This document shows positions 9,903 through 18,930 of a stretch of 64,000 nt of DNA, in pieces (within the stretch, counting starts at the first letter, position 1; each line of letters starts with the position of its first letter). The notes under the pieces are model-generated. The model ran no database searches. It had not been told where the DNA came from and was given only the letters and a program-made list of their open reading frames with translations. This stretch comes from a virus: positions 71,947 through 135,946 of the IMG/VR virus record IMGVR_UViG_3300018080_000118. One strand, 5' to 3'. The position numbers were made by a program, and so were the translations under genes.

Positions 9903-10142
9903 GTGTTCTACGAAGCTTTCGCTGACGAGATGCAGAAGCTTGGCAAGGACTGGATCGCCGGAGCCACCAAGAACAAGGGGGGCCTCCACAGATCTCTCGG
10001 TGTGCCGGAAGGGGAAGACATCCCGGACTCGAAGATCGAGGCCGCTGCCAAGAAGAAGGGTCGCGTGGGGCGGCAGGCAAGGCTCGCCGAAACGCTCAAG
10101 GGTCTTCGAAAGAAGAAAAAGAAGAAGGACGGGGAGAAGTAG
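9903..10142 (+). CDS. Small basic protein, putative internal head protein
   Basis: FYEAFADEMQKLG motif; WIAGATKNKGGLHRSLGVPEG...RQARLAETLKGL basic module. Confidence 0.7.
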   Translation: MFYEAFADEMQKLGKDWIAGATKNKGGLHRSLGVPEGEDIPDSKIEAAAKKKGRVGRQARLAETLKGLRKKKKKKDGEK

Positions 10143-10178
10143 CTCCCACCTTCACCACACCGTATAAGGAGATGAGCT

Positions 10179-10925
10179 GTGGCTGGAACAACCTTTCTGA
10201 ACTGGAACTGGGCCAAAGAGCACGTCCAGGCCGAACTCACCAACGGTGAGTACATCTCGGCCGAATCCACGCTCCTCCTCGCAGGGCCATCCAGGCTGGA
10301 GTATCTCCTCACGCCTGGCGCGGACCTTCAGCAGGTGAAGAGCTCGCTCTACCCCATCGGCCTGATCCAGAACTTCATGATGGCCCAGAACCGCTTCCTC
10401 ACGAGGCTGTTCGAGGTCGGCTCCAAGCGGGCGTACTTCGTGGCCGGTCGTCTGGCAGCCAACTTCCAGATCAACCGTGTCATGTTCTTCGGGCCGTCGC
10501 TGCTGCGTCTGCTCTACGCCATCGCGCCGAGCAACATCGAGAACTTCGGGGGCAACCCGTTCACCTTCGCCGATGACACGCAGCCAGGATCGTACTTGGC
10601 TCAGAACCAGACCGTGTCGCCGCCAAGGTACGCCGCCCTCTTTCCGCAGCGCCTGCTGGCCGCGCCCGGCTACGGCGGCACCGCCGGCAAGGACAACCGG
10701 GACTTCTTCATCAACCTGGCCTCCGACCTGTTCCAGATCCCCTTCGGCTTCGCTGCCATCTTCAAGGACGCGAAGAACCGGCCCTACGGTGCGTGCTACC
10801 TGCAGGAAGCGCTCATCGAGGCGCACAGCATGGGGGTGGATGCGAACAACGTGGTGATCGCGGAAGGTGTGAACGGGCAGTTCGACCAGGTCGCGCCGAT
10901 CCAGCTCATCACCGCAACCGACTAG
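10179..10925 (+). CDS. Tail tube protein
   Basis: Follows sheath; IGLIQNFMMAQNRFLTRLFEVGS and terminal EAHSMGVDANNVVIAEGVNGQFD are tube-like beta patterns. Confidence 0.65.
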   Translation: MAGTTFLNWNWAKEHVQAELTNGEYISAESTLLLAGPSRLEYLLTPGADLQQVKSSLYPIGLIQNFMMAQNRFLTRLFEVGSKRAYFVAGRLAANFQINRVMFFGPSLLRLLYAIAPSNIENFGGNPFTFADDTQPGSYLAQNQTVSPPRYAALFPQRLLAAPGYGGTAGKDNRDFFINLASDLFQIPFGFAAIFKDAKNRPYGACYLQEALIEAHSMGVDANNVVIAEGVNGQFDQVAPIQLITATD

Positions 10926-11899
10926 GAATCAATCGGCCTGTGACGACGGAGCTCAAGATACAGCTTCTTGAGCCCGTCGTTTTCTATTTGGCGGATTCTT
11001 TCCTTGGTGACGTTGAACATGTCGGCGAGGCTCTGCAGCGTCTCCTCCGGGTACCCTAGCCCGTAGTGTCGCCGGATGATCTCTTCCTCGTGTGGGTCCA
11101 GCACCCTCATGGCTCCGTGCAGCGCGGTGAAGGTCTCGGTGTTGATGGCAGTGATGGGGATAGGTGGGATGCCCGGATCTTCTGCGTCACAGATCTCGAT
11201 AGGGATGTTGGTGATCGCAGAGGTCTGGAAGATGTTGAGGGTGCTAGCACTCCAGCCGATGTGGTCGGCTACCTCTTCGTGCGAGGGGCGTACTCCTTTG
11301 AGCTCGGTTAGGTTCTTCTCGCCTTTCTTGAAGTCCCTCATCAGCTGCTTGGCTGCTGGAGGCTTCTGACCATCTACGAACTCTAGTCCTTTTCTGATGA
11401 ACGAGTCGATCCAGTGCACGGCGTACGTTGAGAAGCGCACGTTCCGAGAGAGGTCAAACAGCTCAATCGCGCGGAGCAGTCCGTCTGTACCGTAGGACAC
11501 GAGCTCCATGGCATTCGGATCATTCTGGCTTCGGAACCGCAACACCCGGGAAAGGACAAGGCGCATGTTATGCAGGATGAAGGTTTCCCAGGCAGCTCGG
11601 ACTTCGTTGTCAGAGGGTCCGGAGGAGTCTTCGAGGAGCTGGTCGAGTACGCTTGCGATGTCATCGGCGGGTAGCAGCTCCTCAACAAGATCTTGCCCAT
11701 TGTAGAGGTCGACTCCGAGCTCCACGCAGTCAAGGAATTCCGTAATCTCCTCGTCGATCTTGTCAGATTCCGGCGGGGGGAGGCCCTTGATTGTTCTCAG
11801 CAAGCGACGCTCCTCCTTCGCGGAGAGCGGGGCCTTGCTTCTGAACTTCTCGTAGTACCCTCGGAAGTCTTCCTGATGTCCTCGGTTACCTGCGCTCAT
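10922..11899 (-). CDS. Sigma-70 family (RpoD/RpoS-like) RNA polymerase sigma factor
   Basis: Region 1.2 PLSAKEERRL; region 2 NMRLV...LLRAIELFDLSRNVRFSTYAVHWI; region 3 RPSHEEVA; region 4 TLQSLADMFNVTKERIRQIENDGLKKL. Confidence 0.92.
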   Translation of the reverse strand: MSAGNRGHQEDFRGYYEKFRSKAPLSAKEERRLLRTIKGLPPPESDKIDEEITEFLDCVELGVDLYNGQDLVEELLPADDIASVLDQLLEDSSGPSDNEVRAAWETFILHNMRLVLSRVLRFRSQNDPNAMELVSYGTDGLLRAIELFDLSRNVRFSTYAVHWIDSFIRKGLEFVDGQKPPAAKQLMRDFKKGEKNLTELKGVRPSHEEVADHIGWSASTLNIFQTSAITNIPIEICDAEDPGIPPIPITAINTETFTALHGAMRVLDPHEEEIIRRHYGLGYPEETLQSLADMFNVTKERIRQIENDGLKKLYLELRRHRPIDS

Positions 11900-12351
11900 A
11901 CAGGGAACTCCTTCGCCACAAGCGTGGCAATCATGTTCATCATGGTGGGAGCCCTGTACTTGTTGACGCGGAGAATGGTGACGTCCCAGTTGGAGCGCCA
12001 CAACGGGTTGAGGCCCGCCTCCACTTCGACGTCGTTCTGGACGTCAGCCACAGTGATCACGGGGCCACAGATCTTGGTCTGGAAGAAGAGGCTCATCTCA
12101 GCCATCATCTTCTGCGAGAGCTTGATGAAGTGGAACACCACCTTTGACGTCGTCTCCGTCAGAGGGATCACAGCGTACTCCATTTCGCCCTCGCGCAGCT
12201 GCTTCTTGTGCCACTGGATGTCGACCTCTTTGTCCCCCGCCTCCAGGCCTTTCCGCACGAGATCCAGGTCTTCCTGGGTGAAGGAGGACAGAGCCTCCTG
12301 GTATTCCGGGTCTCCCGGCTGAAGGATCTTGCTCTTCTTCTCTTCACTCAT
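11896..12351 (-). CDS. Hypothetical protein
   Basis: Coupled to sigma gene by ATGA overlap; typical codon usage. Confidence 0.7.
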   Translation of the reverse strand: MSEEKKSKILQPGDPEYQEALSSFTQEDLDLVRKGLEAGDKEVDIQWHKKQLREGEMEYAVIPLTETTSKVVFHFIKLSQKMMAEMSLFFQTKICGPVITVADVQNDVEVEAGLNPLWRSNWDVTILRVNKYRAPTMMNMIATLVAKEFPV

Positions 12352-12757
12352 TACGACGTCTCCTAATTGGAATCAGTATATCAGCATAGGCGGCGAATAC
12401 CCGGACCAGATCCTCAAACTTGAACCTGGAGAAATATCGCTCGACGATGCTGCCGATGAACCTGCCGTACCCGGAACAGTTGTCGTGCTCGAACGCGAGA
12501 TCTGCAAAGTGGTCTGCGGCGTCGTCGCTGATCTTGACGTACGCCACGTTGTTCCGCTTCTCATTGACGATGCAGCCTTCGTACGGGCGTGCGTTAGCTA
12601 TGTAGTCACGGATAGCCGCACGGATAATATCCTCCCGGTTTCTCTGCGACTCCACGCTCAGGCGCTGCAGCGTAGCATACGCCTTGTCGTTCAGACCTAT
12701 TCGGATTTTCTTTCGGAATCTGAACGGGAAGCGGGGATAGCGAACTCGTTTTCGCAC
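12344..12757 (-). CDS. Putative ribbon-helix-helix DNA-binding protein
   Basis: KIRIGLNDKAYATLQRLSVESQRNREDIIRAAIRDYI, plus a second strand-helix-helix-like unit; start uncertain. Confidence 0.55.
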   Translation of the reverse strand: MRKRVRYPRFPFRFRKKIRIGLNDKAYATLQRLSVESQRNREDIIRAAIRDYIANARPYEGCIVNEKRNNVAYVKISDDAADHFADLAFEHDNCSGYGRFIGSIVERYFSRFKFEDLVRVFAAYADILIPIRRRRNE

Positions 12758-12900
12758 TCGTGACACTGGTACACCTCGCCCGTGTTCGCCGTGGCTTCTT
12801 TCACAAGCTCGCCCTCTTTGACGATCGTCGTACAGGCTGCTCGCTTCTGTGTCTTGTAGCTGCCGCACAGGGGGCAGCACACCGCGCCGTACTTTTCCAT
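12697..12900 (-). CDS. Small zinc-ribbon protein
   Basis: AGGAGG SD; CPLCGS...YQCHECENEF. Confidence 0.6.
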   Translation of the reverse strand: MEKYGAVCCPLCGSYKTQKRAACTTIVKEGELVKEATANTGEVYQCHECENEFAIPASRSDSERKSE

Positions 12901-12969
12901 CTGCTCCTCCTGTCGTCCTTCAAGGTTATTGATGCCCATATTTTGGTCGAAGTAAAATAAAGGCCCCGG

Positions 12970-13482
12970 TTACCCGAGGCCAGCTAGAGCGACCGCAAGG
13001 GCATCGGCGCGGTCCTGCTCGTTTTCTTTTAGATCAAGATCGAACTGGGCATTGATGACGGTGCGAATTCTACTCTTGCCGATACGGCTGATCTCGCCCC
13101 GCTTCTTGCCCCTCTTCTGCTGCGGGGAGAGCGCTTTCACGCCAATGCGCGCCATGACCGTGTGGACCGCTAGCGTCTGTGGCTCGATCTTCCCGTAAAA
13201 CATAGAGGCGAGCGTCGCCGTGGCGATGTAGTTCTGCAGGATCTTCACGACCTTCTGGTTCCGCATCGACGACATCTCTTCGACGGTGACACGGTCTGGG
13301 CGGTACTCCTCGATGAGGGAACCGATGTGTGCGAAGAGGCGCGCCATCCTGTGAGGGTGTCGGAGATTCTCGTTCAGCTCTAGGACGCCGGAGGCTATGT
13401 GCTCCAGCTCTCCGTCGCCGCCTTTTACGACGGCCCACCCTACCAGCTTGCTGCTTGTGTCGAGGCCCAGCGATGTGATCAT
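12970..13482 (-). CDS. ruvC: RuvC-like Holliday junction resolvase
   Basis: LGLDTSSKLVGWAVV, PDRVTVEE and DRADALAVA catalytic motifs. Confidence 0.85.
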   Translation of the reverse strand: MITSLGLDTSSKLVGWAVVKGGDGELEHIASGVLELNENLRHPHRMARLFAHIGSLIEEYRPDRVTVEEMSSMRNQKVVKILQNYIATATLASMFYGKIEPQTLAVHTVMARIGVKALSPQQKRGKKRGEISRIGKSRIRTVINAQFDLDLKENEQDRADALAVALAGLG

Positions 13483-13766
13483 TTCTCATTCCTCACCAGT
13501 ATCTCGTGCCCTCCGGCGACCTCGATATACTTATACTTGTCTCCGTCCATGACGAAGTGATCGCAGGAGCTGCTGAGCATAATCATCTCAGCACGACCTT
13601 CTCGTTGCTCCACGTCGCAGAACTTCCCGGCACTCTCCCAATCCTTCACCGGGTCGCCGGTGTTGAATACCGTTTTGCTCTTCCCGATACGTACCTCGAT
13701 ACCACGATACGTATCTTGATCTACATCATTATAGAGGATGCTGATCATCCCCAGTTTGTTGCTCAT
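13479..13766 (-). CDS. Hypothetical protein
   Basis: ATGA-coupled on both sides. Confidence 0.65.
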   Translation of the reverse strand: MSNKLGMISILYNDVDQDTYRGIEVRIGKSKTVFNTGDPVKDWESAGKFCDVEQREGRAEMIMLSSSCDHFVMDGDKYKYIEVAGGHEILVRNEK

Positions 13767-14194
13767 ACATCACCCCTCCCCGTGCCCAGGTCGGGCACGT
13801 CCCACTGCATCTTCTCGCGCTGCTTCTTCATAGCTTTGATCATTTTGGCGCGCTTCGATGGTGGGATCTTTTCGAAGGGGAGCGAGACCGGAGCTTCCGG
13901 GATGGCTGTGAAGGGGATCGTCCCGAAGAGATCTACGAAACGTCGATAGACGTCGTGCGGTGAGATGTGATCAAACCGCTTCTTCGGGAACATCCACCTC
14001 GGAAGCTCCAGCTCGAAAGGTTCGTCCATGGGCGTGAGGTACGCAAAGTCCAAGGACTTCACGCTCCCCTGAACCGTTACCACGCAGTAGATGAAGTGAG
14101 CCTTGATCCGATACATCCCCTTATTGTATCGGATGTCCCCGACCTTGATGGTCCAGAACGGCTCAAACCTAGGCTTCGGTTCTTGCTTCGCCAT
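13763..14194 (-). CDS. Hypothetical protein
   Basis: GGAG SD; coupled to downstream gene. Confidence 0.65.
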   Translation of the reverse strand: MAKQEPKPRFEPFWTIKVGDIRYNKGMYRIKAHFIYCVVTVQGSVKSLDFAYLTPMDEPFELELPRWMFPKKRFDHISPHDVYRRFVDLFGTIPFTAIPEAPVSLPFEKIPPSKRAKMIKAMKKQREKMQWDVPDLGTGRGDV

Positions 14195-14205
14195 GGTCGC
14201 TCCCC

Positions 14206-14697
14206 TTAAACATCCTTGAAGGCAGCCCTCGCTTTTCTCGACAGTTCGTGGGCTCGCTGCATGTGCTTACGAAGCTGTGACTGTCGTGGGCTGTCGTTGT
14301 CTTTCTTGCGGCGGGATATGACGTGGAACGAACAGCCGCCGCCCATGGGCTGTGCTATTCCTTCGTTCACACGTTTCCAGATACGTTTGATGAGAAGGCG
14401 TGCCTTCTTGTTTGTCTGCGTATCTGGTCGGTACAGGGCGTCCAGGGCTGCCTGGGAATCAGTATACACATGGAGATAAACAGACCTCGGCGCGACGCCA
14501 AACGACCGAAGCACTTGGGGCAGTAGCTCAAGACCCGTCCATATTGCAGTTAGCTCAGCCCGCATCTGGTTCATCCTGGAGTGCAGGGGGAGTCGTATTT
14601 CGAAGTACACCTTGCTTGGGTCCTCCGCTTTTACGACCACCCCCTGTCCCCCGATCATCTTGCCTACTGCTGCATCAACAAAGAGAAGCAGCTCCAT
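14206..14697 (-). CDS. Ribonuclease H-like protein
   Basis: LFVDAA, RAELTAI, VYTDSQAAL motifs; the last catalytic residue region reads AHELSR. Confidence 0.75.
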   Translation of the reverse strand: MELLLFVDAAVGKMIGGQGVVVKAEDPSKVYFEIRLPLHSRMNQMRAELTAIWTGLELLPQVLRSFGVAPRSVYLHVYTDSQAALDALYRPDTQTNKKARLLIKRIWKRVNEGIAQPMGGGCSFHVISRRKKDNDSPRQSQLRKHMQRAHELSRKARAAFKDV

Positions 14698-16389
14698 TTA
14701 TTTGCACTCCAGCTTGTGCTTCTTGCACAGCTCCACGGACCAGTCACGGATGGCCTTCAGACGATCGAAGCCCGAGATCCCAGGGTTGTTCTCGTTGATG
14801 TCTTTGATCTTCGTCGCCAGGTCAGCCTGGGTGATGTGGCCCTCGCTCTTGAGAAGGGCAAGGTTGGCCTTGGAGGCTTCGCGGACATCCGCCTCGGTCT
14901 CCTCTTCCTCCTCTTCCTCCTCCGACTCCAGCAGGTCGTCGGCGAGCCCTTCTTCTTCGGACTCCTCTTCCTCGGACTCTTCCTCGGCTTCCTCTTCGGA
15001 CTCCTCCTCAGATTCCTCCTCGGATTCCTCCTCCTTCTTCTTCTTCTTGGAGGTCTTCTTCTTGGAAGCCTTTTTCTTCTTGGGGGCGACGAGCTCCTTG
15101 GCCTCCTCGTTGCTCAGGCCGTAGGTCTCCGGGTCGGTGAGCAGCATCATGAGCACCTTCTTGCGGCTCATGCGTGCGGTGACCTTGAAGCCCATGAGGT
15201 CTGCCATCTTCTTCAGCTCGTCGTCGTCCAGAGCGAGGAGCTCCTCGGTGGTGAGCTTCTCGACGGCCGGCGCTGCCTCCGGCACGCTGTCGAAGAAGCG
15301 GCCCGAGGTCTTGGGGATGAGCGCCTTGTCGACCTCGACGGGTGTCTCGCGGACCTGCCCCTCCTCGACCTTCATGATCTTGGCGGCGCGTGTCTTGGTC
15401 GTGGCGAGAACCATGACCTTCTTGTATGCCTTGAAGGCCGCGAAGACGGACGAGACGAGACGCTTGTCGGCCAACTTGCGAAGCTCCGCAGGGAGCTCCT
15501 TCAGGGCCTCTGCGTCGGACACCACGAGGACTGGCACGATGCTCTTGGGCAGGAAGCCTGCGAGCATGTTGAGGGCCGCGTCTGCCGACAGGAAAGACGG
15601 CTTGGCGTCCTTCGAGTGGTTGGCGGTGAACTCCTGGAGCGCCTTCTCGAAGAGCTGGCTCGCCGAGTAGTCCCCGTAGATGGGGTGCTCCCGGAGGATA
15701 CCCAGACACGACTCGATGATCTCCTGAGCCGCACCGGTCTCGGGCTTGAGGACGAAGTTCTTGGTCTTCTGGCCGCTCTTTCCGGCTTCGATGCCGAGCG
15801 CCTTGTTGACCGCCTCCTTCATCTTGGCCCGGTTCTTGTACTCCTTGCCTGGCACGGACTGGGCAATGAGTTTCTGGAGCTTCTTGCCGCTGATCGCCCC
15901 TTCCTTGAAGCCCCGGTAGATGATGTGCACGTGGCTCGGGGTGATCTTCTTGAACATCTTGGTCTCGATGCCCATCTCGACGAAATACTCCACGAGGCGC
16001 AGAGAATTCGCCACGGTGCCGGGATCGATGTTCAGATGCTCGTTGCAGAAGTCCGCGAAGTTCGCACAGTTGTGCTTGAGGTGAACCTCCTCCTGCTTCA
16101 TCTTCGCGAGGATGACGGCCTTGTGCTTGTCAGCGTCGTCGCTCGCGTCGATCTTGGTGGCCAGCATACGCTGCTGCGCCTTCAGCGTGTTCGGGATCTC
16201 GTACCCGAGCTTGCTCAGGTCGGTGGTCATGAGCTCGCCCGCTGCTGCGGCGGTCCCGACCTCGGCCTTCTTCTCGACCTTCTTCTTGGCCGCCTTCTTC
16301 TTTCCGGCCTTCTTGGCTTTCTTCGCCGGGGCCTTCTTCTTGGAGGAAGCCTTCTTCACGACCTTCTTCTTTGCCTTCTTCTTTGCCAT
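14698..16389 (-). CDS. Large putative DNA-binding protein with histone-H1-like N-terminus and acidic tract
   Basis: MAKKKAKKKVVKKASSKKKAPAKK; NFADFCNEHLNIDPGTVANSLRL HTH-like segment; poly-E C-terminal region. Confidence 0.7.
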   Translation of the reverse strand: MAKKKAKKKVVKKASSKKKAPAKKAKKAGKKKAAKKKVEKKAEVGTAAAAGELMTTDLSKLGYEIPNTLKAQQRMLATKIDASDDADKHKAVILAKMKQEEVHLKHNCANFADFCNEHLNIDPGTVANSLRLVEYFVEMGIETKMFKKITPSHVHIIYRGFKEGAISGKKLQKLIAQSVPGKEYKNRAKMKEAVNKALGIEAGKSGQKTKNFVLKPETGAAQEIIESCLGILREHPIYGDYSASQLFEKALQEFTANHSKDAKPSFLSADAALNMLAGFLPKSIVPVLVVSDAEALKELPAELRKLADKRLVSSVFAAFKAYKKVMVLATTKTRAAKIMKVEEGQVRETPVEVDKALIPKTSGRFFDSVPEAAPAVEKLTTEELLALDDDELKKMADLMGFKVTARMSRKKVLMMLLTDPETYGLSNEEAKELVAPKKKKASKKKTSKKKKKEEESEEESEEESEEEAEEESEEEESEEEGLADDLLESEEEEEEEETEADVREASKANLALLKSEGHITQADLATKIKDINENNPGISGFDRLKAIRDWSVELCKKHKLECK

Positions 16390-16401
16390 CAGGCACTCTC
16401 C

Positions 16402-17376
16402 TTAGAAACATAGAAAATTGAACGGACAGCGTTTTGCCCTTGCTTGCGTCTTCTTGTTACAGACCCCTACGAGGTCCTCCCAGCGGCGCTCAGCCACCAG
16501 GCCATTGACGGTTCCGATGTACTGGCGTGTCCAGCGCTCCACCTGCGGGTCACGGGTCATGCAGAAGTTCTTGATGTCTTTCTGTACTGCCCCTTTGTTG
16601 ATGTAGCGCAGGATGCCGTATTTCGCGCCCAGTAGCCACATGTAAATCTGCAGCTGCGCGGCATCCTTGCTGTTGGGGTCCTTCAGCCGCTCCCACAGAT
16701 ACGGATCGATCGTCTTGATGTCGACCAGTACGAGGTCGCCTTCAGCGGTTCTGAGGATGACGTCCACATACCCACTGATTTGCATCTCCTCATCGATGAA
16801 GTGGTACTCCATGTACTGCCACGCACCCTTCTCCTTGCAGGGGATTTCTCGGATCACCTTCCCTTTGCCGTTCCTCACGGCCACCACATTCCTGCATGGC
16901 TTCGTGGGATGCGGCATCAGGCTGCTGGTCTCCTCCCGGTGGCAGTTGGAGCAGCGCCAGTGACCGAGCACCTGTGCGCTCGGACCAAAATACTTCTGCT
17001 GCTCCATCTCGTGGATAGCCGTTCCGACGTCGAAGGTGCGCTGCATGCGGTAGTCGAACAGTCTTCGCTTCAGCGCGAAGGGGATCTCCTCTGGGCCGCC
17101 GTGTACTTCCATCACGGCCTCCAGCATCGGATCCAATGGGCCGTCGACGCCCTCGCCGAGGAGTTCCAAGAGTATTCGTTCGATGACGTCTTTCTTGAGG
17201 CAGGGCGATGCCAGGCCCGAGGGGTTGAAGCGGGCGTTGGCTTTGCGCGCCTCTCTACCGTAGAACTCCTCTCGTCCTACCTTTGCTATCCTGTCCAGGT
17301 CTACCGGCATGTCTGTTGTTACCTTCGGTCGGAAGGCTACAGCCACGCCAGCCAGCCCTGCGGCTAGTCCTTCCAT
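16402..17376 (-). CDS. Cas4-like PD-(D/E)XK exonuclease
   Basis: PSGLASPC, GTAIHE, ISGYVDVIL, VLVDIKT, QLQIYM and terminal C...CPFNFLC. Confidence 0.8.
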   Translation of the reverse strand: MEGLAAGLAGVAVAFRPKVTTDMPVDLDRIAKVGREEFYGREARKANARFNPSGLASPCLKKDVIERILLELLGEGVDGPLDPMLEAVMEVHGGPEEIPFALKRRLFDYRMQRTFDVGTAIHEMEQQKYFGPSAQVLGHWRCSNCHREETSSLMPHPTKPCRNVVAVRNGKGKVIREIPCKEKGAWQYMEYHFIDEEMQISGYVDVILRTAEGDLVLVDIKTIDPYLWERLKDPNSKDAAQLQIYMWLLGAKYGILRYINKGAVQKDIKNFCMTRDPQVERWTRQYIGTVNGLVAERRWEDLVGVCNKKTQARAKRCPFNFLCF

Positions 17377-17384
17377 GGTTCCCC

Positions 17385-17618
17385 CTATAGTAGAGGTTCG
17401 TGTTTTTCGAAAAATGCCTGCCACTCCTTGTCTTTCCAGGGCAGGACCTCCTCTCGTGGCAGCGTGACGTCTTCCAGCGTTGCGTCGTTGAACGCGATGT
17501 GGACTTCGGTCTCGCCAAACACGAGCTTCTTGAGATGGTTGAACGGGTTGTTCCTGAGAGCTTTCAGGACCACCACGGACTCTTCATCGGTCAGCTGGAT
17601 GGTATCCTCTTCACTCAT
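17385..17618 (-). CDS. Hypothetical protein
   Basis: Short ORF overlapping the UDG stop. Confidence 0.6.
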   Translation of the reverse strand: MSEEDTIQLTDEESVVVLKALRNNPFNHLKKLVFGETEVHIAFNDATLEDVTLPREEVLPWKDKEWQAFFEKHEPLL

Positions 17619-18204
17619 CTGCCATCTCCTTGGCCCGCAAGATGTGCTTAGCGATCTTTTGGATCAGCTTGGGGTCGTTCCCCCTGTGTGCCACGTAAGC
17701 GGGATGGTACGTGGGAACACACCAGGCCTGTGCGCCCTCCTTAGCCATGCCGACTACGTCTCGCATGGTGACCTTGGTGGGGGCCTGGTTGTATAGCGCT
17801 GCAACGGCAGTCTTGCCCATGGCCACGATGACCTTTGGGTTCAGGACCTCCAGCTGCTGGCGCAGAAAGGGCTGACAGTTCTGGATCTCTGCCCAGGTCG
17901 GTGTCCTGTTGCTGGAGCCGTTACCCTTCGTTGGGCGGCACTTCAGAGCGTTGATGATCATGATCTTCTCGCGCCGAATACCAGCTTGGGCTAGTGCCTG
18001 GGCGAGGATCTTTCCTGCAGCCCCGACGAAGGGTCGAGCTGCCAGGTCTTCTTCCTCTCCCGGAGCTTCACCGACGAAGACAATGGGGGAGGACACGTTA
18101 CCTTCGCCGAAGACCCTGTTCCGAACGTGTGGGATAATCTTGTCGCACTTTTCGCACGAGCAGATCTCTCCCCACACTTTCAGCAGCTCTTCCTTTTTAT
18201 TCAT
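17611..18204 (-). CDS. udg: Uracil-DNA glycosylase, family 4
   Basis: CEKC, VFVGEAPGEEED, PFVGAAG, KCRP and TYHPAY motifs. Confidence 0.93.
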   Translation of the reverse strand: MNKKEELLKVWGEICSCEKCDKIIPHVRNRVFGEGNVSSPIVFVGEAPGEEEDLAARPFVGAAGKILAQALAQAGIRREKIMIINALKCRPTKGNGSSNRTPTWAEIQNCQPFLRQQLEVLNPKVIVAMGKTAVAALYNQAPTKVTMRDVVGMAKEGAQAWCVPTYHPAYVAHRGNDPKLIQKIAKHILRAKEMADE

Positions 18205-18409
18205 GATCACTCCCAGAGTTGTCATCGCGCCCCTGATCCTTCGGCAGCACGGCAAGAACAATGGGCTGCATCTTCTCAGGACACATTGCCCAGTGAGTGT
18301 AGTCTCCTTCGACGCCGTCGATAGGTTCGCCTACGAGCTTCTCAAACATCACGTTCTCGTGTGTGCCCTGACAGCGAGCGCAGTTGCGAATGGTAATCGG
18401 ACGTAGCAT
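18197..18409 (-). CDS. Small Cys-containing hypothetical protein
   Basis: ATG 18409 (TAATG overlap); NCARCQGTH...THWAMCP. Confidence 0.6.
   Translation of the reverse strand: MLRPITIRNCARCQGTHENVMFEKLVGEPIDGVEGDYTHWAMCPEKMQPIVLAVLPKDQGRDDNSGSDHE
18204..18224 (-). repeat. 21-bp quasi-palindromic motif, copy 2
   Basis: TGACAACTCTGGGAGTGATCA on - strand, overlapping SD and ATG of UDG. Confidence 0.85.
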
Positions 18410-18930
18410 TACTTTGGCCTCAAGATCTCGAACTCTTCCTCGGTGAGCTTCTTCTTCAGAAGCTGCCACACCGAACCGGGGACCACGACAAAGTGCCGTG
18501 GCCTGCCCAGCTCCTCCTTCTCCAGTACGTCGATGTCGATGAACGGTATCTTGCCCATCTTCTTCCCGTCGCGCCAGAGCTTGTCCAGCATCTTCGGAGT
18601 TACGTTCACGCCTTTGGCTCTCGACGACTTGCCTTCGCACAGGAAGAATTCGTCCAGGGTATCCCCCTTCTCCTTCTTCCCGCAACCAGAGCCTGCCGTC
18701 TTGGCCATGCCGTGTCTCCTCTCAATGCTGGTCTCATGCTCCTCGGACTGACGCTTACTCTTCTTCAAGGAGGTCGTCTGTGAGGCTTGCTGCCTCTTCT
18801 TCTGCTTCCTTTCTAGCGCTTTGTCGACGTGCTTCTTCGATAGCCCTGTAGTTCTCCGGCTCATCTCCGAGAGCAACCCCGAGGCAGAGGCCGGGGACTT
18901 TCTTTTCGACTTCCTCGAAGGTTTGCTCAT
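18409..18930 (-). CDS. Hjc-like PD-(D/E)XK nuclease
   Basis: E...AGSGCGKKEKGDTLDEFFLCEGKS motif; GGAGGT SD inside recA. Confidence 0.6.
   Translation of the reverse strand: MSKPSRKSKRKSPASASGLLSEMSRRTTGLSKKHVDKALERKQKKRQQASQTTSLKKSKRQSEEHETSIERRHGMAKTAGSGCGKKEKGDTLDEFFLCEGKSSRAKGVNVTPKMLDKLWRDGKKMGKIPFIDIDVLEKEELGRPRHFVVVPGSVWQLLKKKLTEEEFEILRPK

Noticed and set aside
16402-17376. Cas4-like nuclease as evidence of CRISPR-Cas
   Set aside because: No repeat-spacer array or other cas genes were seen; standalone Cas4-like nucleases are common in phage recombination modules.
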